Positions 1 to 9,244 of a DNA stretch of 64,000 bases are shown piece after piece. The translations under genes were made by a program, and so were the position numbers. The notes under the pieces are model-generated. The model was not told where the DNA came from, ran no database searches, and was given only the letters and a program-made list of their open reading frames with translations. This DNA is from Bacillota bacterium (GTDB taxonomy: Bacteria; Bacillota; Negativicutes; Sporomusales; CTSoil-080), in NCBI GenBank assembly GCA_017889625.1, contig JAGGAD010000004.1, positions 3,443-67,442 on the forward strand, given 5' to 3'. The first letter of the stretch is position 1; each line of letters begins with the position of its first letter.

Positions 1-760
1 GCTCTACCGCATGTACCAACTTGCCGTCAACGATCCCCCGAAAATAAACTATCGCAATATCAGTTTCACTTCGAACACCAAGGGTTACTTTTTTCGTGAT
101 TAGGTTAGGGTTTTTAATCCGGCGTCTAAGCAAAGTGATATTGGTTTGAAGACTTTCAACAAAACCATCGCGAGCGCCGCGAATATTGATTTCAGTAGCC
201 GGTTCAGAGATGGCCCGCGCTTCCATTTTGCGGCTTTCAACAACAATGAGCCAAGCGATTGAGTCTACGAAAAGTAAGGTATCACCGGCCAAAAGTCGTT
301 TAACGGCTTCTGACAGAACATCAACTTTACTTATTGATGCTACCGAAAGCATTGTATCTTTTATGTAACTAAACATCTCGTCTTGCGGCGAAAATTCTCT
401 TCCCGGTATTGGGGGCAGCATAAGCTTATCGATTATTTGCATGTTAATAAGTTCTTGATTTGACATGCCCTCAATAAAAACAACTGCGGCTTGGCGGTTT
501 ACAGCCACAATAAGAAACTCCCTGAAATGAAAGTCATAGCTGTCAGATAAGATGTCTTTCATTGTTTTTAAGTTTTTTTTCAGACTTGTTTCAAGCTGGT
601 ACGCTTCGGGAAAGACATATTTTTCTTGCAGTGATCGTGCCACAACTTCGACTTCATCTTCAATGACCCTGGCATGATGGATCAGTGATTTTAGACTTTT
701 CACCTGTGCCGCAAGATTTTTCCCTGCCGAAAGGTTGTCATTGTTATTGTCATTATTCAT
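1..760 (-). CDS. spore germination protein, GerA/GerKA A-subunit family; partial, C-terminus lies beyond the window start
   Basis: Missing from the ORF track because it runs off the window. My minus-strand translation starts at ATG 760 (GGAG 8 nt upstream) and stays open to position 1. It reads MNNDNNNDNLSAGKNL...FREFLIVAVNRQAAVVFIEGMSNQELI...LLAGDTLLFVDSIAWLIVVESRKMEARAISEPATEINIRGARDGFVESLQTNITLLRRRIKNPNL. The EP..E..IRG.R.GF.E...N..L.RRR block is the GerA-family signature. Confidence 0.85.
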   Translation of the reverse strand, partial: MNNDNNNDNLSAGKNLAAQVKSLKSLIHHARVIEDEVEVVARSLQEKYVFPEAYQLETSLKKNLKTMKDILSDSYDFHFREFLIVAVNRQAAVVFIEGMSNQELINMQIIDKLMLPPIPGREFSPQDEMFSYIKDTMLSVASISKVDVLSEAVKRLLAGDTLLFVDSIAWLIVVESRKMEARAISEPATEINIRGARDGFVESLQTNITLLRRRIKNPNLITKKVTLGVRSETDIAIVYFRGIVDGKLVHAVE

Positions 761-846
761 GTTTATTACTCCAACTAAGCCATTATCTAATATTCTGCCA
801 AATACTGCTGCGGATTATGCGCTACCGTCCTTCCGAGCTAAGCAAC

Positions 847-900
847 ACAAAAAAAGTAAGGCTTCGCTAGTTATGTTATACAACTCACGAAACCTTACTT
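847..900 (-). terminator. intrinsic terminator downstream of thrC
   Basis: The arms aagtaaggcttcg (854-866) and cgaaaccttactt (888-900) pair with one mismatch. On the minus strand the stem is followed by a T-run (plus-strand A-run 849-855). Confidence 0.6.
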
Positions 901-921
901 CTATATTTCCACTATTACTAT

Positions 922-2415
922 TTAGCGATTGAGCGCTTGCTTGACTATTATCGGCATATCTTCTTTATTGCCTACAGTGGTGTGACGGATTTCTTTGTTT
1001 TCGAGGTTAGCCAGCGGTACTGGTATTGACCAGCCGGTTAGACGAGAGAGTTCACGCAGTACGTCAAATTCATTCTTACCATTAACTGAGCCCTTTCCCG
1101 CAATAGCGGTTAAAACACTTTCACTAAATTTAAATGGGCTAGCGGTAGATACAACTACGGTTGGAGTGGTATCACCGGTTTGCTGACGATAACTGGTATA
1201 GACTCGCCAAGCTACTGCCGTATGGGGGTCCATAACATAGTGATATTGATCAAATACGTCTTTTATCGTTTCAATGGTTAGTTCATCACTGGCCCAGTCA
1301 GACCAAAAATTTTGTTGGATAGCTTTCAGACTGACCGCATCGACTTGATAGCGTCCCTGTTCGGTAAGTTCTTGCATCCAGGACGCTACTTTATCACTGT
1401 CACCGGTTACAAGGTACAGCAACCGTTCAAGGTTGCTAGAAATAAGGATATCCATTGACGGAGACAGTGTTTTATAGAAGTCACGCTGGCGGTTATATAT
1501 ACCAGTACGCAAGAATTCAGTTAAAACATTATTGTTGTTAGCAGCACAAATAAGTTTATTTATAGGAAGTCCCATCAGCTTAGCATAATATCCCGCCAAG
1601 ATATTGCCAAAGTTACCTGTTGGTACAACAAAATTTACGCTTTGCTTAGGCTTTATCGTTCCCTGGTTTATTAAATCAGCATAGGCACTAAAATAATAAA
1701 CAATTTGCGGCAACAGCCGTCCCCAATTTATCGAATTGGCTGAGGAAAGTTTGAATCCTTGCTGTTCTAACTTAGCGCGGTAGCCTTGGTCATTAAAAAT
1801 TAATTTTACTCCAGTCTGAGTATCGTCAAAGTTGCCTTTTACAGCAGCAACCGCGACATTTCCACCTTCTTGAGTAACCATCTGCAATTCTTGGATTTTG
1901 CTAACGCCATGATGCGGGTAGAATACGACGATTTGGGTCTGAACCACATCCGCGAAGCCTTCCAAAGCAGCTTTGCCGGTATCACCCGACGTGGCTACCA
2001 ATATAACAATTTTGGCTGTTTCTCCGGTTTTCTTTAATGCTAACGACAAAAGTTGCGGTAAGAGTTGTAATGCCATATCTTTAAAGGCACTAGTGGGACC
2101 ATGCCATAGTTCAAGAACGCTTGCCTCATCGTTCAGCTTAACAACTGGGGCTACAGCCGCATCATTAAATTTTATATTATTGTAAGCGGCTTTAAGACAG
2201 GCATCAATTTCACTTTCACTGTAGTCATCAAGAAATAATTTAAGAATTTTGGCCGCCCGCTGATGATAGTTAAGTGCAGTTAGTTCATTTAAAAAACTGT
2301 TATCTAATGTTGGTAATTCCTGTGGGACTAAAAGTCCGCCATCAGGAGCAAGTCCCGTTTTTATCGCTGCTGCCGCAGTAAAGCGGCTATTACCACCCCG
2401 GGTACTAATATACAT
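922..2415 (-). CDS. thrC: threonine synthase
   Basis: 497-aa ORF. It has the PLP-lysine context HGPTSAFKD, and the long-form ThrC N-terminus MYISTRGG and overall length match. Confidence 0.9.
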   Translation of the reverse strand: MYISTRGGNSRFTAAAAIKTGLAPDGGLLVPQELPTLDNSFLNELTALNYHQRAAKILKLFLDDYSESEIDACLKAAYNNIKFNDAAVAPVVKLNDEASVLELWHGPTSAFKDMALQLLPQLLSLALKKTGETAKIVILVATSGDTGKAALEGFADVVQTQIVVFYPHHGVSKIQELQMVTQEGGNVAVAAVKGNFDDTQTGVKLIFNDQGYRAKLEQQGFKLSSANSINWGRLLPQIVYYFSAYADLINQGTIKPKQSVNFVVPTGNFGNILAGYYAKLMGLPINKLICAANNNNVLTEFLRTGIYNRQRDFYKTLSPSMDILISSNLERLLYLVTGDSDKVASWMQELTEQGRYQVDAVSLKAIQQNFWSDWASDELTIETIKDVFDQYHYVMDPHTAVAWRVYTSYRQQTGDTTPTVVVSTASPFKFSESVLTAIAGKGSVNGKNEFDVLRELSRLTGWSIPVPLANLENKEIRHTTVGNKEDMPIIVKQALNR

Positions 2416-2479
2416 CTAGAGCACATCCTTTTCTTGCTGATATTTAAAATTAAGCTTCTGCATCAAGCGTCAATCATTT

Positions 2480-2977
2480 CTACAGACCGCGGCTTATCTC
2501 TGCTGATTTAGCATTTACTGCTTGAATAAGTTCTACCGGGCTTAATACCACTTGACAGCCGCGTACACCAGCACTAACTGCTATCTGCGGCCATTTTATA
2601 GCACTTTGGTCAATATATACCGGGTAATGCTTTTTCGTGCCTAACGGTGATACTCCACCCCGAATATAGCCAGTCAATGTTTGGACTTCTTTAAGGGCAA
2701 CCATTTCCACTTTTTTATTACCACTGACAGCCGCTAGCACTTTTAGATTAAGCTCAGTTGCTCCTGGCACACAAGCTAAGAGTACCCCCGTTTTGTCCCC
2801 CCGTACTACCAGCGTCTTAAATACTTGTTCCAATGGCATGCCAACTTTAGCGGCTACATTTTCCGCACCCAAATCAGTTTCATCGACTTCGTAAGTCGTT
2901 AATTCATAAGTTATGCCCAAACCATCCAAAATTCTAGCGGCATTGGTTTTCACCTTATCCACCTCATTTAATTTCAA
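2480..2977 (-). CDS. ybaK: Cys-tRNA(Pro)/Cys-tRNA(Cys) deacylase, YbaK family
   Basis: 165 aa. It shows the YbaK/ProX editing-domain pattern (KTLVV.GDK...VLA.VPG...L.LK.LA...G.K...MA...EV...TGY..GGVSPLG). Confidence 0.8.
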   Translation of the reverse strand: MKLNEVDKVKTNAARILDGLGITYELTTYEVDETDLGAENVAAKVGMPLEQVFKTLVVRGDKTGVLLACVPGATELNLKVLAAVSGNKKVEMVALKEVQTLTGYIRGGVSPLGTKKHYPVYIDQSAIKWPQIAVSAGVRGCQVVLSPVELIQAVNAKSAEISRGL

Positions 2978-3096
2978 TTAGTTCATAATCTAATGTTCTT
3001 ATACCACTTTCAACAGAACAGTTAAAAGTAAACTTTCACCATGACTTAAACCTCAACCACCCTGCAAACCTTATTCTTCCATTATATATTTTTTCA

Positions 3097-3126
3097 TAGT
3101 ATATAGTGCTTTTTGAGCTTTGTCAA
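3097..3126 (-). promoter_or_regulatory. sigma-70-type promoter candidate for ybaK-thrC
   Basis: On the minus strand, TTGACA (3126..3121), an 18-nt spacer and TATACT (3102..3097). Confidence 0.5.
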
Positions 3127-3142
3127 CCTGCTCTTCAACTAC

Positions 3143-3186
3143 AAAAAGACTTAGCTTACGCACGTTCTGCTCTAGCGTAAACTAAG
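3143..3186 (-). terminator. intrinsic terminator downstream of the small ACT-like gene
   Basis: The arms cttagcttacgc (3150-3161) and gcgtaaactaag (3175-3186) pair with one mismatch. A T-run follows on the minus strand. Confidence 0.55.
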
Positions 3187-3221
3187 CCGAATCTTGCCGT
3201 CAACCCAATTGGCACTATACG

Positions 3222-3482
3222 TTAAAAATTCAGGGCCATGGATTTAACTTTAACATAGGGAACGGCTTGGAGCTCGGTTTCGAGTTTAGCAGTTTCTTGC
3301 TGATCACCGCAAAGCTGCAAGACAATCAATCCGGTATTGCTGCAACTTTCAACTTGGGATTCATGCAGGCCAAGTCTCAGCCTGATATAGCAGCCGTATT
3401 TTGTAAGAATTTCCTGAACTTTCAAAGCAGTGTCCATCCGATTTTCTTGAAGAATAGCCATGATTTTTCCACAATCATTCAT
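3222..3482 (-). CDS. small ACT-like regulatory protein resembling the TM1266 'iron-only hydrogenase system regulator' family
   Basis: 86 aa, with GAGGTGAG upstream of the ATG. The pattern GKIMAILQENRMDTALKVQEILTKYGCYIRLRLGL...GLIVLQLCGD...LQAVPYVKVKS matches my memory of that family's single beta-alpha-beta-beta-alpha-beta fold. This is recognition by pattern only. Confidence 0.45.
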   Translation of the reverse strand: MNDCGKIMAILQENRMDTALKVQEILTKYGCYIRLRLGLHESQVESCSNTGLIVLQLCGDQQETAKLETELQAVPYVKVKSMALNF

Positions 3483-3590
3483 TGCTGCTCACCTCATAGA
3501 GTTTTCTTTGCCGTATATAGCTTTCCCCATTTTTTTTACCTCAATCGCTGATTCATACCAATAACCCTAAGACAACGTTTTTCTACCGGT

Positions 3591-3624
3591 AAAAAAACAG
3601 ACGCCAATTTTACTGGCGCCTGTC
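3591..3624 (-). terminator. intrinsic terminator downstream of aroF
   Basis: On the minus strand a stem acaggcgcc/ggcgtctgt is followed by TTTTTTT. Confidence 0.6.
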
Positions 3625-3631
3625 TCAAGCT

Positions 3632-4645
3632 TTATTTTAGTTGTTGCATAAACTCAGTCATTTTTCCTACCGCTTCCATGAGTTTCTGATAATTAGCAGG
3701 ATTTAAGGACTGAGGACCATCGGAAAGAGCTTCAGCTGGATTTGGATGCACCTCAATCATCAGACCATCAGCGCCAGCGGCTAGAGCGGCCATGGACATG
3801 GATTGAACCAATTTCCAACGCCCAGTACCATGGCTAGGATCGACAATAATCGGCAAATGGCTTAATTCCTTTATTGCTCCTACGGCACTTAGATCCAAAG
3901 TATTTCTGGTATATTCTTCAAAAGTGCGAATTCCACGTTCACACATAATAACATCATAATTTCCTTCATTAAGTATATATTCCGCGGCATGAAGCCATTC
4001 GCTAATGGTTGCAGCAATACCACGTTTAAGGAGAACTGGTTTTCCGGCCCTACCTACAGCTTTGAGCAATTGGAAGTTCTGCATATTACGCGCCCCAATT
4101 TGGAGCATATCGGCATATTCCGCTACTGCTTCAACCGCAGTAACTTCAGTGACTTCGGTAACAATTTTAAGACCAGTTACTTCACGGGCTTCGGCTAGGT
4201 ATTCCAAACCTTTTAGTTCCAGGCCCTGAAAAGAATACGGCGAAGTTCTCGGTTTATAAGCCCCGCCCCTCAGCATTTGCGCGCCACCTTCTTTAACCAA
4301 AGAGGCTGCTTCCAATAATTGCTCACGGCTTTCTACCGCACAAGGTCCAGCCATAACTACTACGTTTCCGCCGCCAATTTTAACCCCATCTACGTCTATA
4401 ACCGTGGGATCAGGGCGAAACTTACGACTGGCCAATTTGTAGCTTTCAGTAATAGGAATTACTTTTTCTACGCCCTCTAAAGCTTCTACCGGCATAGTGG
4501 CAATCATCCGTTTATCACCAATAAGCCCAATAATAACCGGAGTCTGATCACTTGAAACAAAAGTCTTTAGTCCGGCGGCGTGTATCCGGTTAACCACTTG
4601 CTTTATTTGAACATCAGTGGCTGTTGATTGCATAACAATAACCAT
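3632..4645 (-). CDS. aroF: 3-deoxy-7-phosphoheptulonate (DAHP) synthase, type I-beta with N-terminal regulatory domain
   Basis: 337 aa. It has the core motifs [25 protein letters not shown] and DPSHG.G. The roughly 80-aa N-terminal extension is typical of the Thermotoga/Firmicute type. Confidence 0.9.
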   Translation of the reverse strand: MVIVMQSTATDVQIKQVVNRIHAAGLKTFVSSDQTPVIIGLIGDKRMIATMPVEALEGVEKVIPITESYKLASRKFRPDPTVIDVDGVKIGGGNVVVMAGPCAVESREQLLEAASLVKEGGAQMLRGGAYKPRTSPYSFQGLELKGLEYLAEAREVTGLKIVTEVTEVTAVEAVAEYADMLQIGARNMQNFQLLKAVGRAGKPVLLKRGIAATISEWLHAAEYILNEGNYDVIMCERGIRTFEEYTRNTLDLSAVGAIKELSHLPIIVDPSHGTGRWKLVQSMSMAALAAGADGLMIEVHPNPAEALSDGPQSLNPANYQKLMEAVGKMTEFMQQLK

Positions 4646-4659
4646 AATGCTTTTCCTCC

Positions 4660-5511
4660 TTATTCGACGGTGTGAATCGGATATGACCCTAAATTCTTAA
4701 ACCAGATGCTTCCGGCTTTGACAGCATTAATCGCTGCGGCCACATTTTCATCTTCCCAGCTACCCTCGATGTCAAAGAAGAACACATATACCCCAATACC
4801 ACCGCGGGAAGGACGCGATTCAATTTTAGTTAAATTAACATTGCGTTTAGCAAATTCGCCCAGAATATTATACAGTGCTCCAGCTTTTTCACCATTAATC
4901 TGACATACTATTGAAGTTTTAGCTTTACACTCAGAGGTATTGGCCGGCGCCTTAGATAGAACCAAAAATCGCGTAACATTATTAGGATTATCTTGAATAT
5001 TTTGGTCCAGTACCTCTAGTCCGTATATTTCAGCAGATCTTACGCTGCCAATGGCGGCATAGTTTTTAGCGCCACTGGCCACTTTATAAGCTGCTGCTGC
5101 AGTACTTTCAACTTCAATACGCTCAGTATTTGGATAATGTTGATCAAGAAAGTGACGACACTGGGCTAAAGCTTGAGCATGAGAACAAATAACGTTAATA
5201 TGCTTTGTATCCGGCTTGGCAATAAGATTATGTCGAATTGGTTTTACCATCTCTTTAACAATAAACAAATTTGCTTCATGAGCCAGGGTATCCAGCGTTA
5301 CGTTAACCGTACCTTCTAGCGAATTCTCAACCGGAACAATGCCTTCGATTACTTCACCTGCGTCTACCGCCATAATAACTGAGCTAATACTATGATAGGG
5401 CGTAAAACTTCCCTCTACTCCACGGTAAAAACTTAGTGCAATCTCTTCACTGAAAGTACCTCTTGGTCCAAGATAACCAACCTTCTTTTGAACCGCATTA
5501 ATCTCCGCCAT
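4660..5511 (-). CDS. pheA: prephenate dehydratase
   Basis: 283 aa. It has a PDT domain ([16 protein letters not shown]) and a C-terminal ACT domain with the ESRPS motif ([10 protein letters not shown]). Confidence 0.9.
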   Translation of the reverse strand: MAEINAVQKKVGYLGPRGTFSEEIALSFYRGVEGSFTPYHSISSVIMAVDAGEVIEGIVPVENSLEGTVNVTLDTLAHEANLFIVKEMVKPIRHNLIAKPDTKHINVICSHAQALAQCRHFLDQHYPNTERIEVESTAAAAYKVASGAKNYAAIGSVRSAEIYGLEVLDQNIQDNPNNVTRFLVLSKAPANTSECKAKTSIVCQINGEKAGALYNILGEFAKRNVNLTKIESRPSRGGIGVYVFFFDIEGSWEDENVAAAINAVKAGSIWFKNLGSYPIHTVE

Positions 5512-5544
5512 TAGTCATTCCTCCATTTACAATTTATACTAAAA

Positions 5545-5845
5545 TTACGCTAAATAATAAAGCTCTCGTCCATAAAAGGACGAGAGCTTTTCTCGCGGTA
5601 CCACCTTTGTTACCCGCCATTTAGCGGATCACTATAACGAAGTACGGGCATACACCGATACTCCCCTTTTCTTAACGGCAAAGGAATCCGTCGTTACCTA
5701 CTACCCAAAATCAGGATTCAGTACGCTACTCTAAAAGTGAACTTCAGTATAGCTTTCGCACCAGGCTTACACTATCCCCGGCTCGCTGTATCTACATTCT
5801 ATACTTACTTTTCTTCGTCATCGTATTTAGCGTGTTCAGTTATTG
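5545..5845 (-). promoter_or_regulatory. T-box leader (Phe specifier) controlling pheA-aroF
   Basis: All read on the minus strand:
- K-turn GATGA and AGTA in the specifier-loop 5' side.
- An upper Stem I pairing AGTATAG/CTATACT.
- A 3' specifier loop GAAGTTCA, i.e. a TTC codon followed by the conserved A.
- The T-box core AAAGGTGGTACCGCGAG (plus strand 5591-5608).
- A terminator aaagctctcgtcc/ggacgagagcttt (5559-5590) followed by a T-run.
- A promoter TTGCTT-N17-TACAAT at 5880..5852. Confidence 0.85.
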
Positions 5846-5921
5846 TTATAGATTGTAACATACCATTCCGCCTTAAGCAATACCTCAATAAGAATTTTTT
5901 TGTTATTATTAATTATTATGT

Positions 5922-6551
5922 TTATAAATACTTAGTGTCGGGTATCGCGATTACCGGCCAACATACAGGATCAAGCCAAGCAATTAGTTTGACCAGGTGT
6001 TCTTTAGCCATAGCAACACACCCTCTAGTTGGCTGACCAGGAGCTCTCCAGATATGCATAAAAATAGCACTGCCTTTACCAGGAACAACCGGAGCGGTAT
6101 TGTATTCTATAACTACGCCATAGCAATACAAGCCGTCAGAGCGAAGCATTTCTTCATAAGTCTCGGTTTCAGGCCGACCATTAACCCAAAGATTATAGCG
6201 CGTTGAAGTCGGATCATCAACCCAAAAATCTTCTTCAGTTGCCTGGCGATAAGGCATATTAATTGCTAAAGAAGCTCGATCGCCAAATACCATTCCTAAA
6301 GGATACACACCCGTTGGGGTGCACCCGTCCCCTTCTTGTTTTTTGTCTGGAGAGATTAACCCGTCACTACCGATCACCGCCGGAATGGGGCCATAAACTT
6401 GCTGCCAATTACCTTTTTTTAATTCCCAAGCTGATACTTGAGCCTGATGCCCACCAGGTACCGCGTCTACTAAAATTGCCTGAGTTATTTTACGTTCAAC
6501 TGCACTAACCATCTCCGGAAAAGTATTATTCATGTCCTTCGCTCCAAACAT
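5922..6551 (-). CDS. L,D-transpeptidase (YkuD/ErfK) family protein
   Basis: 209 aa. The catalytic-site context GSAIFMHIW....PTRGCVAM matches the H...(S/T)xGC motif. Confidence 0.75.
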   Translation of the reverse strand: MFGAKDMNNTFPEMVSAVERKITQAILVDAVPGGHQAQVSAWELKKGNWQQVYGPIPAVIGSDGLISPDKKQEGDGCTPTGVYPLGMVFGDRASLAINMPYRQATEEDFWVDDPTSTRYNLWVNGRPETETYEEMLRSDGLYCYGVVIEYNTAPVVPGKGSAIFMHIWRAPGQPTRGCVAMAKEHLVKLIAWLDPVCWPVIAIPDTKYL

Positions 6552-6556
6552 TTTAA

Positions 6557-7648
6557 TTAGACTTTTATTTCACTACTCTGATACCCAGCCCCAGGACCAT
6601 CTTGAGCCACTGCTACTTCAGCTTCGCCAAATGTCTTCATTTCATTTAACATGCAAAGACTAGCATCAACTAACGCAATCCCCAGCGCCGCGCCTGCCCC
6701 TTCGCCTACTTTTAATTCAAGATGAAGATAGGCTTCAATACCGATAATTCCCAGCGCCTCAGCATGAGCCGGTTCATCAGGAAAGTGTGATCCAACTAAA
6801 TATTCTTGGACTTTAGGTGCTAATTTAACAGCAATTACTGCTGCTGCAGCAGTAGCTAAACCATCAATTACTATCAGTGCTCCCCCCGCTGCTGCAGCTA
6901 GTATGGCACCTACCATGGCAGCAAATTCCAAGCCCCCGACTTTGGCAAGCACATCAAGCGGATCAGTTCGGTCAGGCTTATTTACAGCCAACACTTGATT
7001 TGTAATTTGAATGGTTGCATCATCACTTGCCTTATAACAGCTAGCATCAGGTCGAACAAGATACTCTACTGTTTTATCGCTGTAACAAGCAACTATAGCG
7101 GTAGCCGCCATGGTATTGCCTGTACCAATTTCACCTAAACCAATAATACGTGTTCCTTGATCAAGTTCATCATTAGCTATTTTTATCCCACACTCAATAG
7201 CTTGTTGCATTTCCCGCCTGCTCATCGCCGGTCCCTTGCTAATATTTCCTGTGCCATAACTAATTTTATCATGATAAATATTAGCTATTGATGACAAATC
7301 AACAGCAACACCAATATCAGCCAACACTAGTCTAGCATTAACATGCTCCGCCAACGCATTGATCACCGATTGCCCTAGAGCACAATTAACAAGCCTTGCT
7401 TCGGTTATTAGTTCCGGGTAATCACCCACGACTTCAGCCGCCACACCATGATCGGCAGCCACCACTATAATGCTGCGCTTAATTTTCCGTGGTTTTACCT
7501 GTCTGGTAACCCCAGCCATTTTTATTGCCAAGTATTCTAAACCGCTTAAGCTGCCAAGCGGTTTAGTTAAATTATCGATGCGCAATTTACATAATTTCAT
7601 TGCCTCTTGGTCAAGTGATTTGATCCCTTGTATTATATCTCCTAGCAC
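6557..7648 (-). CDS. cobT: CobT-family phosphoribosyltransferase (nicotinate-nucleotide--dimethylbenzimidazole type); downstream member of a tandem pair, ArsB-like position
   Basis: 363 aa. It has the N-terminal LTKPLGSLSGLE motif, GEIGTGNTMAATA, and VGEGAGAALG near the C-terminus. The GTG start at 7648 is needed to keep the conserved N-terminal helix (IIQGIKSLDQEAM), which gives a 38-nt overlap with the upstream gene. Confidence 0.8.
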   Translation of the reverse strand: MLGDIIQGIKSLDQEAMKLCKLRIDNLTKPLGSLSGLEYLAIKMAGVTRQVKPRKIKRSIIVVAADHGVAAEVVGDYPELITEARLVNCALGQSVINALAEHVNARLVLADIGVAVDLSSIANIYHDKISYGTGNISKGPAMSRREMQQAIECGIKIANDELDQGTRIIGLGEIGTGNTMAATAIVACYSDKTVEYLVRPDASCYKASDDATIQITNQVLAVNKPDRTDPLDVLAKVGGLEFAAMVGAILAAAAGGALIVIDGLATAAAAVIAVKLAPKVQEYLVGSHFPDEPAHAEALGIIGIEAYLHLELKVGEGAGAALGIALVDASLCMLNEMKTFGEAEVAVAQDGPGAGYQSSEIKV

Positions 7649-8732
7649 GCTTACCCTCTTCTATCGTTAATAAACTTTTTCCATTCTCATAAAGGTCCTC
7701 ATTTTGAGTCGCCACTTTATTATATATTTTAATCGCAACATCTAATAAATTCATGGCCAGCGAAGCTCCAGATCCTTCTCCCAGTCTTAGCCCCATATCG
7801 ATACATGGTTTAATACCAAGAGTATCCAGCATATTACCGTGAGCTGGTTCAGCTGAAAGATGCGATGCCAACATATAACTTTTTACCAACGGATGAAGTG
7901 AATTTGCGATAAGTGCTGCTGCGCTTGCGTTGAAGCCATCAACTACAACCATGCATCGGTTAGCCGCCGCTCCAAGTATTACCCCAGCTAAAGCACCAAT
8001 TTCAAAGCCCCCCACTTTTGCTAATATATCAATGGCATCATCAGGTTCCGGTTTATTCACGGCTAAGGCCTGGCGAACGGCTTCAATTTTTATTTTTAGA
8101 CGGCTATCAGATATACCTGTTCCCCGCCCAGTTGCCTCTTCTGGGGACAGACCAGCAAGAACTGCTGCAATACATGCGCTGGCAGTAGTATTGGCAATGC
8201 CCATTTCACCCAAGCTAAAACAACGATAACCGTGTTCTACTTGATCGTTGACTATTTTTATGCCAGTTTCAATGGCCAAAACAGCCTCCACTCGCCGCAT
8301 AGCCGGACCTTGGGTAAAATTTTTCGTACCCCAGGCAATTTTATGATGTATAAGTCCCGGCACATCAGACATATCGTGATTAATCCCCATATCTACAACC
8401 ATAATATCCGCTCCCGCAAATTTCGCCATAGCGTTAGCGCCAGCCCCTTGAGAGATAAGATAATTTTTGGCCATTTGAAACGTAGTTTCTACCGGATAAG
8501 CACTTAGCCCTAATTCTGCTACTCCGTGATCCGCACAGGCCAAAATCATATTTTTCCGTGGAATGGCTGGTTGTATTTTACCAGTAATACCGATATACTG
8601 CATGACCATATTTTTCAGTCGTCCTAAGTTCTTAGCGAGATTAGGCAAACTATCCAAGCGTTTTTCGGCAATAGCTATTGCGGATTTATCAAGTGGCGCA
8701 ATTTTCACTAAAGTATCAGCCAAAAATTCCAT
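7611..8732 (-). CDS. cobT: CobT-family phosphoribosyltransferase; upstream member of a tandem pair, ArsA-like position
   Basis: 373 aa. It has GEMGIANTTASA and LGEGSGASLA. The N-terminal motif is degenerate (LPNLAKNLGRLKN instead of TKP.GSLG.LE), and there is a roughly 30-aa C-terminal tail. Confidence 0.8.
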   Translation of the reverse strand: MEFLADTLVKIAPLDKSAIAIAEKRLDSLPNLAKNLGRLKNMVMQYIGITGKIQPAIPRKNMILACADHGVAELGLSAYPVETTFQMAKNYLISQGAGANAMAKFAGADIMVVDMGINHDMSDVPGLIHHKIAWGTKNFTQGPAMRRVEAVLAIETGIKIVNDQVEHGYRCFSLGEMGIANTTASACIAAVLAGLSPEEATGRGTGISDSRLKIKIEAVRQALAVNKPEPDDAIDILAKVGGFEIGALAGVILGAAANRCMVVVDGFNASAAALIANSLHPLVKSYMLASHLSAEPAHGNMLDTLGIKPCIDMGLRLGEGSGASLAMNLLDVAIKIYNKVATQNEDLYENGKSLLTIEEGKRARRYNTRDQIT

Positions 8733-8824
8733 AAACGCTCCTGTTCCATATAAACTTTTTAACTTATACTATTTTACTGATATACGACAAGACCCCACAG
8801 CTAACGCTGCAGGGTTATATTCAT

Positions 8825-9186
8825 GTACGGTGAGTAGTCAATAAGCCGAGTTCTGTTCCGCTTGCGCGGTGACGATCATTTATCTACGCCGGCAGTTGCC
8901 TGACGGCTCTAGCGACACAACCCGGAAGGCTCAGCGGGCCGCTTCATCCCTTCCCTATTCGGTCTTGCTCCAAGTGGGGTTTACCTAGCCAGTCAGTCAC
9001 CTGACTGCTGGTGCGCTCTTACCGCACCGTTCCATCCTTACCCGGCTGATGCCAGGCGGTCTACATTTCTGTGGCACTATCCCTGAGGTCGCCCTCGCTG
9101 GCCGTTAACCAGCACCATGCCCTGAGGAGCTCGGACTTTCCTCGAATGCTATCAAGCACTCGCGATCATCTTTCGTACTCACGTAC
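8825..9186 (-). ncRNA. rnpB: RNase P RNA (bacterial, type A-like)
   Basis: The minus strand contains GAGGAAAGTCCGAGCTCCTCAGGG, GCCACAGAAATG, GGTAAGAGCGCACC, GGTAAACCCCACTTGGAGCAAGACCGAATAGGGA and ACAGAACTCGGCTTAT, in the canonical order. The P1 pairing is gtacgtgagta (5' end) with tactcaccgtac (3' end). Length is about 360 nt. End coordinates are good to about 5 nt. Confidence 0.9.
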
Positions 9187-9244
9187 TGAAGTTGTCTGGA
9201 ATGTAATGATAACATTATTTATTAGTATCGTCAAGTGCTATAGT

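Noticed and set aside
186-932. Three short plus-strand ORFs (186-368, 685-870, 735-932)
   Set aside because: The first two are antisense to the GerA-family gene I translated on the minus strand. The third spans the thrC terminator.
5737-6036. 99-aa plus-strand ORF
   Set aside because: It runs antisense through the Phe T-box leader and promoter and into the L,D-transpeptidase gene. It has no RBS.
8733-8824. Cobalamin riboswitch upstream of the tandem CobT genes
   Set aside because: Only about 90 nt separate the genes from rnpB. I see one hairpin (accctgcagc-gtta-gctgtggggt), probably the rnpB 3' structure, and no B12-box-like sequence.
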